Below the pieces are notes generated by a model. That model saw nothing but the letters and a program-made list of their open reading frames with translations, made no database searches and had not been told where the DNA came from. Source: a virus. From it: a stretch of 64,000 bases of DNA. The position numbers and the translations under genes were made by a program. Below are positions 49,030 through 58,747 of this stretch, piece after piece. Position 1 is the first letter of the stretch; every line of letters begins with the position of its first letter. Location of the stretch: positions 1 to 64,000 of IMG/VR virus record IMGVR_UViG_3300042453_005121; one strand, given 5' to 3'.

Positions 49030-50121
49030 TCACTGGTGGGTTTGACCGGTTATCTCCGACAACAGAGTCTTGAACGCCTTCTCCGCCACGGCGGGCACGA
49101 CGCCGTTGCCGAGCATCCTCAACTCGTCCTGCCTGTTGTCGAGGGAGATGTACAACTCGGCATCGTCCATCCCACGGGCAGCCCCATCAGTGCTTCCACC
49201 CAGCGGGGATTGAGCAGCCCCCCGGTGACGTTCTGGTTTCCTGATGGTTCTGGGGGGTTCCCACCAGAACTGGCTTCTTCCCGGTCCTTCTGGCCAAGCA
49301 TGTACACCAACCTTGGTAGCAGGTCCGTCCTGTCCCTGTGCGATCCGTCCGGATTCTTGGAGGACATTGACATTCCCGGGCTGTCCTTCCAGTCCCTGGA
49401 TGTGGCCGTCGGCCACATCCTTACCGAGGAACTCAGTCTTAGGTCTCCTTTTCCTCCCTTTTGATTCGGACCTCCCTTGCTTCCGTCCGTTGCCAAGGGC
49501 GTGGGCCACGTCGCGACAACGGTCTGTAGATTCGGTCCTCCATCCCTCCCCTGTTGTCCCGGTCCGGTGAAACAGTTCGTGTGGGGAGTCGGCCAGCCAT
49601 TCTTTCCTTCCGGCGAGGATAAAGACCCGTTTTCGTTGATGTGGAGCGCCAACTTCAGACGCACTGAATATTCCCCACGACACCTTGTAACCCAGTTCTT
49701 CCAAGTCGCTGACGACCGTAGAGAGTCCCAGCGAGATATGTCCTTCGACGTTCTCAAAGAAGCAGATTTTTGGTCCGCAGGCTTTGATTCCTTCTGCAAT
49801 CCATGGCCAGAGGTGACGGGGGTCGTCTTTTCCTTTTCGCTTTCCTGCGGCAGAGAATCCTTGACATGGATAACCGCCAGAGATGATATCCACCAGTCCG
49901 TGAAATTCTTTGAATGGGAAGGTCTTAAGATTTGTCCATATCGGGGCAGTGTCAATTTGCCCGTTTTCCATGCGCGACGCCAGGACCGAGCAGGCGAACT
50001 CTTCGATCTCCGAGTAAGCGACCGTTCGCAGATTTGGAATGCATCCTCGGAGTCCCAATTGTATACCGGCATATCCGGCGCAGAGCTCAATAGCTTTAAA
50101 GCATTTGGAATTATCCAGCAT
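49030..50121 (-). CDS. dcm: DNA (cytosine-5) methyltransferase, alpha-like polypeptide lacking motif IX
   Basis: ELCAGYAG, GGYPCQGFS, FFENV, PHQRKRVFI and motif X LGNGVVP. Confidence 0.9.
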   Translation of the reverse strand: MLDNSKCFKAIELCAGYAGIQLGLRGCIPNLRTVAYSEIEEFACSVLASRMENGQIDTAPIWTNLKTFPFKEFHGLVDIISGGYPCQGFSAAGKRKGKDDPRHLWPWIAEGIKACGPKICFFENVEGHISLGLSTVVSDLEELGYKVSWGIFSASEVGAPHQRKRVFILAGRKEWLADSPHELFHRTGTTGEGWRTESTDRCRDVAHALGNGRKQGRSESKGRKRRPKTEFLGKDVADGHIQGLEGQPGNVNVLQESGRIAQGQDGPATKVGVHAWPEGPGRSQFWWEPPRTIRKPERHRGAAQSPLGGSTDGAARGMDDAELYISLDNRQDELRMLGNGVVPAVAEKAFKTLLSEITGQTHQ

Positions 50122-50147
50122 CCGTTTTGTTCCATCGTTTTTCTCAA
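49119..50147 (-). CDS. Overlapping alternative-frame MTase beta-like polypeptide carrying motif IX (start uncertain)
   Basis: 342 open codons overlapping dcm; three WPT(P/A) repeats; C-terminal LNPRWVEALMGLPVGWT. Confidence 0.7.
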   Translation of the reverse strand: MRKTMEQNGCWIIPNALKLLSSAPDMPVYNWDSEDAFQICERSLTRRSKSSPARSWRRAWKTGKLTLPRYGQILRPSHSKNFTDWWISSLAVIHVKDSLPQESEKEKTTPVTSGHGLQKESKPADQKSASLRTSKDISRWDSLRSSATWKNWVTRCRGEYSVRLKLALHINENGSLSSPEGKNGWPTPHTNCFTGPGQQGRDGGPNLQTVVATWPTPLATDGSKGGPNQKGGKGDLRLSSSVRMWPTATSRDWKDSPGMSMSSKNPDGSHRDRTDLLPRLVYMLGQKDREEASSGGNPPEPSGNQNVTGGLLNPRWVEALMGLPVGWTMPSCTSPSTTGRTS

Positions 50148-50186
50148 TTGATAATTTTAGATTAAATTTTTCATGTTGGCAATATC

Positions 50187-50225
50187 AAAAAAAACGGCCC
50201 CGAGTTTCCCCGGGGCCGTCCTTTT
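50187..50225 (-). terminator. Rho-independent terminator
   Basis: acggccccg...cggggccgt hairpin flanked by A8 (T8 on the minus strand). Confidence 0.75.
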
Positions 50226-50247
50226 AAAAGTCATTCAAAATTGGAAA

Positions 50248-50676
50248 TCAGGCAAAAGCCACCACTATGTACTTCTTGCCGCTAGTCACGGTTGCCACAA
50301 CGTTGGTAGTCGTATGTGTTCCTTCGGAAACAACATAGACGCCCTCCGTGGCGACGCTGGTGTCGGTCGGGTAGACCATCACGAGTCCCGGGACCACACC
50401 CAGACCGTGCGCTATGTTCTGGGCAGAGCCGCTGCCGGTCTGCTCGGCGGACTTGAACACCTTCATCTTGGAGACAGTCACCGCCTGATCGGCAATCTTG
50501 ACGTTGGTGACAGCAGCGTCATTTAGCTTTTCCGTGGTGACGGCAGAGTTCGCCACGTCGGCAGTGATGACCGTGCTCGGGTCAATATTCTCGGTTCTGA
50601 CGACGCCGTTGAAAATTCTGGGTCTGACGTTTTCTACCGACCCGTTGCCCGTTCCTTCCGTAGTTGTAGCAGCCAT
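50248..50676 (-). CDS. Putative virion structural/fibre protein
   Basis: AVTxxK(I/L)xD 10-aa repeats and AHGLG..P; strong AGGAGG SD. Confidence 0.65.
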   Translation of the reverse strand: MAATTTEGTGNGSVENVRPRIFNGVVRTENIDPSTVITADVANSAVTTEKLNDAAVTNVKIADQAVTVSKMKVFKSAEQTGSGSAQNIAHGLGVVPGLVMVYPTDTSVATEGVYVVSEGTHTTTNVVATVTSGKKYIVVAFA

Positions 50677-50754
50677 TTTAACCTCCTTTGTTATTTGGTC
50701 GCTATAAATATGTATGAATTGAAAAGATGATCAACTTGGGTGTTTGTTTGAAAT

Positions 50755-53598
50755 TCACACCGGCCAGTACTCCTCCACCACCGCCAGATAATCCTTGAAC
50801 GATTCTGACATAGCTTCTTCCGCTCCGGGAATTTGCGCAGCCACTGCCGCCTGCATTTCCTTGTCTATCTTCTTGATTTCCTTCTGGGCGTCTACGATCT
50901 TCTTGAGTGCCTCGGGATCGTGTTCGGCATCGTGATAATGCTTCCTGTATCTTTGTATTATCGCGGCGATCTCTCTTTTCTTCTGAACCCTGTCAAACAA
51001 ATCCCTGTCCAAGCCAGAGCCCACGATGTACTGTATGTTGACGGGATGGTTCGTGTTGATCCTGTATATCCTGCCTTCGCTCTGCTCGGCTGACTCCGGC
51101 GTCCAATCAAAGTCGTTGATGACCATGTGTTGGGCCGCGTTCGGGAAGTCTATGCCCGTTCCGCCCATCTTCATGCTCATGACCAGAACCTTGGCGTCGG
51201 GATCGTTTGTGAATCTGGACTTGACCTTTTCCCTGTCGGCCTTCTTTGTGTCGGACAGGTAAGTGAGAACGTGGAACTTCGGGTCTATCTTTTTGAGTGC
51301 CGCATCGATCTTCTCGGCCAGTTGACGGCCCGCCGCGATGAAATTGCTGAACACGACTGTCTTGCTGGCTGCGGGTGGTTTGTCCTTTCCCTCGTTGACG
51401 ATCCTTATGACCTCTGCGGTCGTCTTGTCGGTTTTTAATTGCGCCACGGCTTCCCTTGCCGCTATGAGACGGGATATGGGAAGACTCGGGTCTTTGTATC
51501 CCGATATCCTGTCGGAGAATATGCCTTGGAACTTGTCTTGATCTATGGAGGCTCCTTGATTTGAAACCGACAAGTTCGGCATGTCCCTGATGTCTTCCTT
51601 GCTTCTTCTCACGTATACGCCCGAAAGGTTGAGCCACTTGTTGAGCCTTTCTGCGGCGCGTATCTCATCCTCGTCGCTGTCGCTCTTCTGCAGCGATCCT
51701 CCGTATCCGCCTCCCACCATGCCTGCAAAGTCCCTCTTGAACTTGGCCTCGCTGACCCTTCCGAGGTGATGGCCTGTCATGGCGAGTTGATTCCTGACGT
51801 CCATGGGCTTGTTGGACGATACGGTGGCGGAGGCTCCCCACTTGGTCGGTATTTTCTCAACGACCTTGGCGATGTTCTGGCTTCTCTTGCTCTTGCTGTG
51901 CTTCACCTTGTGCAGTTCGTCGAAGATCACGATTCCGAATCCGGTGCCGGAAAGCTTGGAGACGACTTGGTCCAGGTTCTTTCCGCTGGAGAAGTTTTCG
52001 TAGTACAAGACCGTCCATTTGCCGGGATTGAGCGGGTCCGTGGAGATTTTGGATTTTTCTTCATCTCCTACGACGTTCGTTATTTCTTCCACCCACTGCT
52101 TCTGGGTGGCTTTGAGTGTGACGACGAGAACGGGCTTGCCGTCCCTCTGCATCCTGAGAGCAGCGGCGCTGACAAGTTGGATCGTCTTGCCCACGCCAGT
52201 TGCGTCACCGAGTATCGCGTGGTCGCGTCCGTAGAGGAAGGCTATGCCCTTCTTCTGCGCGTCGTACAATTCAAATTTGCTTTCAGGAAGTTTGTCCTCG
52301 ATCTTGGACGCGAATTCTTCGTCGTCGTCGTGCTTTCCTTCCCACACGGATTCCTGAAGTCTTCCGTCCTTGAGCTTAGCCCGGACTATGTCTCTCAACT
52401 CGGACACCTCGTATCCGAACCTCTTGAGCAGTCTTCCGAAATTGACGTACTGCTTGTAGTTTCCCGAAACCGTGTAGTAGAAATCCGCCCTGTTCCATTC
52501 GTAGTCCGGGAATGTGTATTGTATTGACTCCTTGATGAATTCCTTCCTTCCCTGATCCAAGGCCCTGTAGTTGACCCTTATCCTCAACTTGTCCCCGCTG
52601 TCGTCGGTGAATTTGATCACGTCGGAGGTGGATCGCGGGGTTTCGGTGGGCGTGGTCTTTTCTCTGGCGAATTTCTCAAGCGATGTCGTGTCGTATCCTT
52701 GGCGGATGAGTTCGTCGGCCACGGACCGGAAATTGGCCGAGTCGGTGTCTATGAGGAACCTTGAAGGCCCCGGCTTATAGGATATTCCCTTGGGAGAAAG
52801 ACCCTTGCTCTTCATTGCTTCAAAAGTGGCCTTGCTTCGTTCGTACGGAACGTTGAACCTGATGGCTATCTTTGTGCCGAAGTCTGTCTTCTCCTCACCT
52901 ATGATTTCTATTTCATCAGCTTTGGAGGGAGTCGCCTGCTGCGAAGCCGGGAGAGATGGTTCGGAACCAGATTCGTACTCCACATCCATGCCTTTTGATT
53001 TGATGACCTGTGCGATTTGGGGGAGTATGCCCTTGTGCACCCTGTAGGTGTGCATGCCGGTCCTGTCCTGGGAGAATTTCTTGAACCGAGGGAGTTTCAT
53101 GTTGCCATAGGCGTCCTGCGAACGTTCGGCACCCTCGGCCTCGAGAGCGGCGTCCACGATCCTGTTTATCTGGATCGTCATGGACCTGTCCACCCCGTGG
53201 GGGATGTAGACCTTCACCTTGCCGTACTCAAGCGGCTGTTTGTCGTACACAACGGCCTTGTCGCCGGACGAACCCGCACGAACGGCCTCCATGTCCTTGG
53301 CAACCAGAGAACTGATCTGCTGGTAATTGGGGACTTGGGTATTGCGGTAGTGGGACAGCATCCGGAGCATGAGGTCGGCAGCCCTTACGGGTACCGATAT
53401 GCTGTCGATGTGTCCGTTGGCGAGAAGGGATTGGTAGGAGGTCCAGTCCCCCTTGTTGAATCCGTAATCGTTGAATTCCTTGGGGACTCCCCTAGAGGCC
53501 ATGTCCCTCATCGCGGCCTGAAGGGCCTTGATGCCCGGCCCGGTGACCGTGGACTCAACCGACTCCCTTATCCCCATCCAATCAGAAAAACCCATCAT
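50755..53598 (-). CDS. SNF2/SF2 helicase-like ATPase with CTS-like N-terminus
   Basis: GDATGVGKT, IFDELH, SAT, GGTGIDF and Q.EGRIYR; N-terminus MMGFSDWMGIRES. Confidence 0.88.
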   Translation of the reverse strand: MMGFSDWMGIRESVESTVTGPGIKALQAAMRDMASRGVPKEFNDYGFNKGDWTSYQSLLANGHIDSISVPVRAADLMLRMLSHYRNTQVPNYQQISSLVAKDMEAVRAGSSGDKAVVYDKQPLEYGKVKVYIPHGVDRSMTIQINRIVDAALEAEGAERSQDAYGNMKLPRFKKFSQDRTGMHTYRVHKGILPQIAQVIKSKGMDVEYESGSEPSLPASQQATPSKADEIEIIGEEKTDFGTKIAIRFNVPYERSKATFEAMKSKGLSPKGISYKPGPSRFLIDTDSANFRSVADELIRQGYDTTSLEKFAREKTTPTETPRSTSDVIKFTDDSGDKLRIRVNYRALDQGRKEFIKESIQYTFPDYEWNRADFYYTVSGNYKQYVNFGRLLKRFGYEVSELRDIVRAKLKDGRLQESVWEGKHDDDEEFASKIEDKLPESKFELYDAQKKGIAFLYGRDHAILGDATGVGKTIQLVSAAALRMQRDGKPVLVVTLKATQKQWVEEITNVVGDEEKSKISTDPLNPGKWTVLYYENFSSGKNLDQVVSKLSGTGFGIVIFDELHKVKHSKSKRSQNIAKVVEKIPTKWGASATVSSNKPMDVRNQLAMTGHHLGRVSEAKFKRDFAGMVGGGYGGSLQKSDSDEDEIRAAERLNKWLNLSGVYVRRSKEDIRDMPNLSVSNQGASIDQDKFQGIFSDRISGYKDPSLPISRLIAAREAVAQLKTDKTTAEVIRIVNEGKDKPPAASKTVVFSNFIAAGRQLAEKIDAALKKIDPKFHVLTYLSDTKKADREKVKSRFTNDPDAKVLVMSMKMGGTGIDFPNAAQHMVINDFDWTPESAEQSEGRIYRINTNHPVNIQYIVGSGLDRDLFDRVQKKREIAAIIQRYRKHYHDAEHDPEALKKIVDAQKEIKKIDKEMQAAVAAQIPGAEEAMSESFKDYLAVVEEYWPV

Positions 53599-53603
53599 GT
53601 TTC

Positions 53604-53661
53604 TATCTAGCAAAACTGACACTCATTTGCGCGTTCTAAAACCATCACATTTTGATATATA
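53604..53661. promoter_or_regulatory. Divergent pair of nTAnATA boxes for the helicase and J-domain genes
   Basis: CTAGATA-gaaac-ATG (-, 53598) and ATATATA-tcaac-ATG (+, 53667). Confidence 0.65.
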
Positions 53662-53666
53662 TCAAC

Positions 53667-54923
53667 ATGATGAATTTCAGAAAATGGTTGAACGAGGCCG
53701 CGATGTTGATGAGTCCCGCCGAGGCCGTGCGCGAACTTGGACTGGCACCCGAGGGAACTCTGGAGAGGGAGACGCTGAATGCAGTCTACAGGAAGATCGC
53801 TCTGGAGACGCACCCGGACAGGAATCCCGACCCCGAGGCGGCGGCAAGGTTCAAAAGGGCGGCAGAAGCCTACGAGGTGCTTCTTCCTTTCGTGGGAGGA
53901 CCCGTGCCGGGCGAGGGTTCCGTGCCTCCGGAAAGAAAATACGAATACGACCCAGAAAATGACGCCAGAAACGAATTCTACAAACAATGGGCAAGGCATT
54001 TGGCTCCAACTGGACAATACTCCATGGGAGAGTTTGACGAATGGATCAGGCAGATCGTTGAAAACCAATTCTTTCAGGTGAAGGTAAGACAGACGGTCGG
54101 CTACGTTACGTGGGGCATGAAGATCGGAAAGGACGAGCACACGATGCCCCTCGGTAGCGTCAACAGGACCTTCAGGGTGACAGGATACGCAAAAAAAGGC
54201 ACGGGCGTCCAGAAATCGCCGATGGACTCAATCAAGGAACTCTTCGCCCCATACATGTCAAGGCTTCCGGAGTTCATAGTGGACATGAAGATAAAAAACA
54301 GCGCTAATTGGCGGGAGGCGTGGATAACCATGGAACTCCCGAGCGGCAAATACCAATCGGTCAGTTTCTTCCCGGTGGAGAAGAAGGAGAAGAAGGCTCC
54401 AGGCGTGGGTATGAAGAAGGACGAAGTTTCGGAACACTTGCGATCTTCGGGCTTGACGTTCGCGGGGAGTTACACGGCCGGTGACAACTACGGCGTGTCC
54501 GAATCGCCAATGGGTTACTTCGTTCAACTCGGGCCGAAGGTCATAAGGATAATAAGGAGATACAGGGGAGACTACCACGGGAAGAAGACGATAGAGACCG
54601 TGAACGTTGCGTCCGAGCACTACGGAAACATGACAAAGGAACTTCTTGACAAGTACGTTGCGACCGTACGGAGGAGGTCGCAGCAAAACGAGGCGTTCGT
54701 TCACAGTAGCGATATGAACCCTAACTTCGCCATGGCCGTATATTCAATAATGCACAACAAGGCCTCGGCTGCAGACTGGAATCTTATTGACAGCATCCCG
54801 AAGGACAAAGCCCTAGGAATGATCAGAGGGATTCTGGAGGACAACGGCGTGGAGGGCGAAGAACTGGATCGTGAGATGGAGTGGTGGGGAAAACAAATAG
54901 CCTCAACCGGGAAGTGGAACTGA
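53667..54923 (+). CDS. J-domain (DnaJ N-terminal) protein with CTS-like N-terminus
   Basis: YRKIALETHPDRNPDPEAAARFKRAAEAYEVL; MMNFRKWLNEA. Confidence 0.85.
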   Translation: MMNFRKWLNEAAMLMSPAEAVRELGLAPEGTLERETLNAVYRKIALETHPDRNPDPEAAARFKRAAEAYEVLLPFVGGPVPGEGSVPPERKYEYDPENDARNEFYKQWARHLAPTGQYSMGEFDEWIRQIVENQFFQVKVRQTVGYVTWGMKIGKDEHTMPLGSVNRTFRVTGYAKKGTGVQKSPMDSIKELFAPYMSRLPEFIVDMKIKNSANWREAWITMELPSGKYQSVSFFPVEKKEKKAPGVGMKKDEVSEHLRSSGLTFAGSYTAGDNYGVSESPMGYFVQLGPKVIRIIRRYRGDYHGKKTIETVNVASEHYGNMTKELLDKYVATVRRRSQQNEAFVHSSDMNPNFAMAVYSIMHNKASAADWNLIDSIPKDKALGMIRGILEDNGVEGEELDREMEWWGKQIASTGKWN

Positions 54924-54939
54924 TCGGTCTTTTGTGCAA

Positions 54940-55446
54940 TCAACCCACCTTCCCGGGTTGGTTGTACGTTATTTCGTACTCGCGCTTGGCGATCCTGTAG
55001 TATTTGCCGTCTTCCTCGCGAACGAGGTAATCTCCCGGCTTCAAAACCATGCTTTCTCCCCAAGGCGCCAAAAAATTAACCACGGCATTGCCCGTGTAAG
55101 CGGCGACGTTCCTCGGACTCTGCTCCGGGTGCACAGGGTCTCCCATCTGGCCAACGTACATCTTCTGGAACTTGGCGGGCTTGATCGCATATTTCTCTCT
55201 GCTCGGGCCGCTAATGATGATATCGTTCTGTTCGGCCACGTTCTGCGTCTCCTTACCGTCGCTGGTCATTGTGGTCACGGTCATTCGTTCGGGAGCGACC
55301 GCATAACTCATTGCCGGCATGTCGGTACTGTATTGGACGAAGTTGTAAACTAGTTTTTTCTTTGTGGTGGGCAGGAAATTAAGACCGGCGGCGATCTGGT
55401 TGATGTCAATCTGGTTCTCAAGCATCCATTCGTTGAATTTTTTCAT
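54940..55446 (-). CDS. PGDYG-like domain protein with CTS-like N-terminus
   Basis: MKKFNEWMLEN; F.APWGE.M.LKPGDYLV...YRIA...TY. Confidence 0.65.
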   Translation of the reverse strand: MKKFNEWMLENQIDINQIAAGLNFLPTTKKKLVYNFVQYSTDMPAMSYAVAPERMTVTTMTSDGKETQNVAEQNDIIISGPSREKYAIKPAKFQKMYVGQMGDPVHPEQSPRNVAAYTGNAVVNFLAPWGESMVLKPGDYLVREEDGKYYRIAKREYEITYNQPGKVG

Positions 55447-57362
55447 GTTTTGATCTCCCATCGTGTCTTGCCGCAGTCCCATATGCGGGACAAACCGCGC
55501 TGGTTGGCCCACTCAAGTTCGGTCATGCCCTGCGGGCATTCGGAGTTCTTCTTGCTCTGGCTCTGCTTGCTGATTCTGCGCTTAGGATTCTTCATGTTCA
55601 CATAGTAATAATCGGGAGGCAGGTCCTCGGTCCTCTTGAAGCCGAGATTCTCGTACACCTTTCCGTCGCTGTACCTGTTATCGCTCCATGATACGACGTT
55701 TTTGATATCGTTTTCACGACACCACTCTAGGCACCTCTTGAACAGCTTGCCAGATCCTCCCACTATCTGAAGACCTTTTTTGAAGCAAAGCCTTGTGAGT
55801 ACGACCGAATACTTGTCCTTCTTCCTGTGGTGTCTGCCGAGGTCCACCACTCCCACCAATTCCTCCCCGTGGAAGAGGCCGAAGCAGACGCGGCTGAGTT
55901 TGTTTCCCCCTTGAAGGTGGTGAAGGTCGCAGAATTCACTCATTTCCTTCTTGGTGATTTCCCTAACCTCGCACTTCCTAGCTTGGATTCTTTGCGAGAA
56001 TATGCCAAGCTTGGAAAGGATGAGGCTCTTGCATACTTCTTGCTTCTGGTTCCACTCGTCGTCAAATATGGTAATGAGTTGTATTTCCTTCTCCCTGCAT
56101 TTTTTCCATTTGTCGTGATGGTAAGAACGAGTCCGTGGTTGAGGCGAGTTCTCATTGTGCCAGTAGAGGCCGCAGTATTCTAATGCTAATTTTTGATCTT
56201 GATCGTACAGATCAAGTTCTTTTCCCTCAAGAACTGAGACGTCTGGATTGAAATTAAACCCAGAGGAATTGAGCCATGATTTAATTTTACTCTGAGTCTT
56301 GCCATATTTCCATGCTGGGTATGGCGTGCCATATTTTTCTATCTTTGTTTCTATTGACTTTTTTCTTATGTCTTCGGAAGAAAAAGTATGTTCATGTCCG
56401 TATCTTTCAAGATTAGTTCGCCTTATCTTTTCTTGAATTTCAGGACTTTTAAGAGTGCATTCAACTCCATATTTCTTTAGATTGGTTATTTTTATTTTTT
56501 CTTTGGTCTCAGGTAGCGACAGATTGCATTCAACTCCGTACCTATCCACATTTGTTTTTATGGCCTTTTGTCTAACCAAAGGACTTTTTGAAGGATTTTC
56601 ATATCCATATTTTTTGAGGTTTGTTTTTTTTGTTTTTTCTTTGATGACTATAGACTTGCTTGGATGTTCAACTCCGTACCTATCAACATTTGTAGATTTA
56701 ATTTTTTCCTTTACATGTTCTGATTTGAACAAATTATCAACACCGTATTTTTGAAGAACTGTGCGATTAATTTTTTCTCTAATTTGCTTAGAAGATGCCG
56801 CTTGTTCTGATCCATATTTGTCAAGATTTGTTCTTTTTATTCTTTGCTTGACTTCTTGAGATGATAGAAAATCTTCTACACCATACCTTTCAATATTTGT
56901 ATTTCTTACTTTTTTCTTGAACTTATCAAGTTGTATTGGGAATGAAGACCCATGTCTTTTAAGGCTCGTGTCTTGAGCCTTTTTGAGTATCAATTTGTTT
57001 TGGAGTGCATGTTCTACTCCATGATTCTTAATGCACGTGGCTCTGCTTTTGGCTCTTATTTCAGAATTTTGTTGAGCGTATTCAACGCCATATTTTTCAA
57101 GGTTTGAATTCTTAATTTTTTTCTTAACATCTTCTCTTTGAAATGGATTTTCAACTCCATATTTAAGCAAATTTATTTCTGCAAGTTTTTTCTTGGAACA
57201 AACATCTTTAGAGCAAGAATCTTTTTGTATTGTTTTTCTACTTTTCTGTATTTTGCTTTTGAGTTTTTGAACTTCTTGTCCACAATAATCGCATTTCACG
57301 GGAACGCGGGCTTTCCACTTTATCTTTTCGTACGGTACATCCAATTTTTCGTGCAGTATCAT
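55443..57362 (-). CDS. Putative homing endonuclease (YGVE repeats plus Hef/Vsr-like nuclease)
   Basis: About a dozen TNxxxYGVE repeats; ELDLY...ALEYCGLYWH...IFDDEW; the repeat-encoding part is AT-rich. Confidence 0.75.
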   Translation of the reverse strand: MILHEKLDVPYEKIKWKARVPVKCDYCGQEVQKLKSKIQKSRKTIQKDSCSKDVCSKKKLAEINLLKYGVENPFQREDVKKKIKNSNLEKYGVEYAQQNSEIRAKSRATCIKNHGVEHALQNKLILKKAQDTSLKRHGSSFPIQLDKFKKKVRNTNIERYGVEDFLSSQEVKQRIKRTNLDKYGSEQAASSKQIREKINRTVLQKYGVDNLFKSEHVKEKIKSTNVDRYGVEHPSKSIVIKEKTKKTNLKKYGYENPSKSPLVRQKAIKTNVDRYGVECNLSLPETKEKIKITNLKKYGVECTLKSPEIQEKIRRTNLERYGHEHTFSSEDIRKKSIETKIEKYGTPYPAWKYGKTQSKIKSWLNSSGFNFNPDVSVLEGKELDLYDQDQKLALEYCGLYWHNENSPQPRTRSYHHDKWKKCREKEIQLITIFDDEWNQKQEVCKSLILSKLGIFSQRIQARKCEVREITKKEMSEFCDLHHLQGGNKLSRVCFGLFHGEELVGVVDLGRHHRKKDKYSVVLTRLCFKKGLQIVGGSGKLFKRCLEWCRENDIKNVVSWSDNRYSDGKVYENLGFKRTEDLPPDYYYVNMKNPKRRISKQSQSKKNSECPQGMTELEWANQRGLSRIWDCGKTRWEIKT

Positions 57363-57389
57363 GAGACAATTATACCAAATACAAAGTTT

Positions 57390-58283
57390 TCAATCAAGAC
57401 TGATGTAGGGTAGATCACCAAACTTGTAAATCAAGTCCTCAAACCATTTTTGCCTGTCTTCTCTGGCCTCTTGAAGAAGCGTTGATCCGTCAAGAGCCAC
57501 AGAGCCACCAGCTCCTGGCACGCTCTGGTATTTGCTTCTTATTCTGCCCAAAATTTCTTTCGCATACGTAAGCGAACCCTCTTGAATTGCTTGGGTAACT
57601 TCACCCCAGTCCTTATTTCTCTGCAAATAATGAACCATGACTTTTTGTATCCTGTAGGGAACGGGATAGAGTTTGATTGAATTAAGTCCGCCTAGGAACT
57701 CCCAACCGCCCAAAGCCGAACTCATTCTACTGTACATTTGTTCATACTGCTTGTAAAGGGTCCATTCTCCTGCGCGGCCCCATATCGGCTGAATCGGATC
57801 TATTAATCCACCTTGAATTGAATTATAGGAACCACCTGGGTAAAAATATTCTATGGGGATGCTACCTCCAAGATCGCTAGCCTGGAATGCGTAACTTCCT
57901 ACTTCTTTGTAGAACACATTTCTTATTATTCCAACTTCATCCGGCATCTGATACACGCTCTTTCCGGGGACCGAGTCAAACACGTAGTACTGGAAGTATT
58001 CCCTGCCAGCATAGTCCTCAAATATCTTCATTGCCTGGTCTACGGCGAAGTCCAGGTTCTGGGCATCCAGTTCCAATTTGACCACTGGGGCTCCGAGCAT
58101 GTGGAGGCAGTAGTCCTTTATTTGTTCCCTTACCTTTTCTCTTTGCCTTCTGGGACCCAGTTTGCTTTTATTGAGGGGGTCTGCGTGTCCAAGTTCGCTG
58201 CATGTGCTGTTGCACTGCACGCTCGCCATGTTGGTCATGCTTGGTCTGTTGACCGCCAAGGTATTGTTTCCGTTACAACTCAT
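57390..58283 (-). CDS. gp13: Neck protein (T4 gp13-like)
   Basis: IKDYCLHMLGAPVVKLELD.Q...AVDQA...Y and LG.IRSKY..VPG.GG...LDG. Confidence 0.8.
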   Translation of the reverse strand: MSCNGNNTLAVNRPSMTNMASVQCNSTCSELGHADPLNKSKLGPRRQREKVREQIKDYCLHMLGAPVVKLELDAQNLDFAVDQAMKIFEDYAGREYFQYYVFDSVPGKSVYQMPDEVGIIRNVFYKEVGSYAFQASDLGGSIPIEYFYPGGSYNSIQGGLIDPIQPIWGRAGEWTLYKQYEQMYSRMSSALGGWEFLGGLNSIKLYPVPYRIQKVMVHYLQRNKDWGEVTQAIQEGSLTYAKEILGRIRSKYQSVPGAGGSVALDGSTLLQEAREDRQKWFEDLIYKFGDLPYISLD

Positions 58284-58341
58284 TTGTATTCCTCCTTGTG
58301 TATATATGGCGAGTGCGATAGCTAATCAAAAAGGACCAAAA

Positions 58342-58746
58342 ATGACGAAGCAGGACGATCCCATGCCGCTCGGCGAGTTGTCGGGATACATCAAGTCGGC
58401 GAGGGAGAGCGGCCAGGGCGACTACGTTCCAGTGGTGGAGATGGGGAGTATCGTGGACGACAGGCCGCGTAGGTCTTGGATGAGGCCGCTGGCTTTGGCC
58501 TCAGCGGCCTGTCTTTTATTGGCCGTAGCAGGCGTATATGTTTCCACGAGGGAAATCACTATCGTCTCGGGAGCGGGAATTCAGGCCGTCTCGGAAATCG
58601 TGGCCGGAGACGGAGGAAGGGTGATGTCCGTAAGAACGGAAGAAGACGGATCCTACAGGGTCAGGGTTTTTACTTTCGGAGGGATGAAATCTCTCATTGA
58701 GAAACTGCGAGATAACAAGGAATTTGACAGCGTGGGAGTGAATTAA
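58342..58746 (+). CDS. Membrane protein
   Basis: AAGGA SD; single TM helix. Confidence 0.6.
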   Translation: MTKQDDPMPLGELSGYIKSARESGQGDYVPVVEMGSIVDDRPRRSWMRPLALASAACLLLAVAGVYVSTREITIVSGAGIQAVSEIVAGDGGRVMSVRTEEDGSYRVRVFTFGGMKSLIEKLRDNKEFDSVGVN

Positions 58747-58747
58747 G

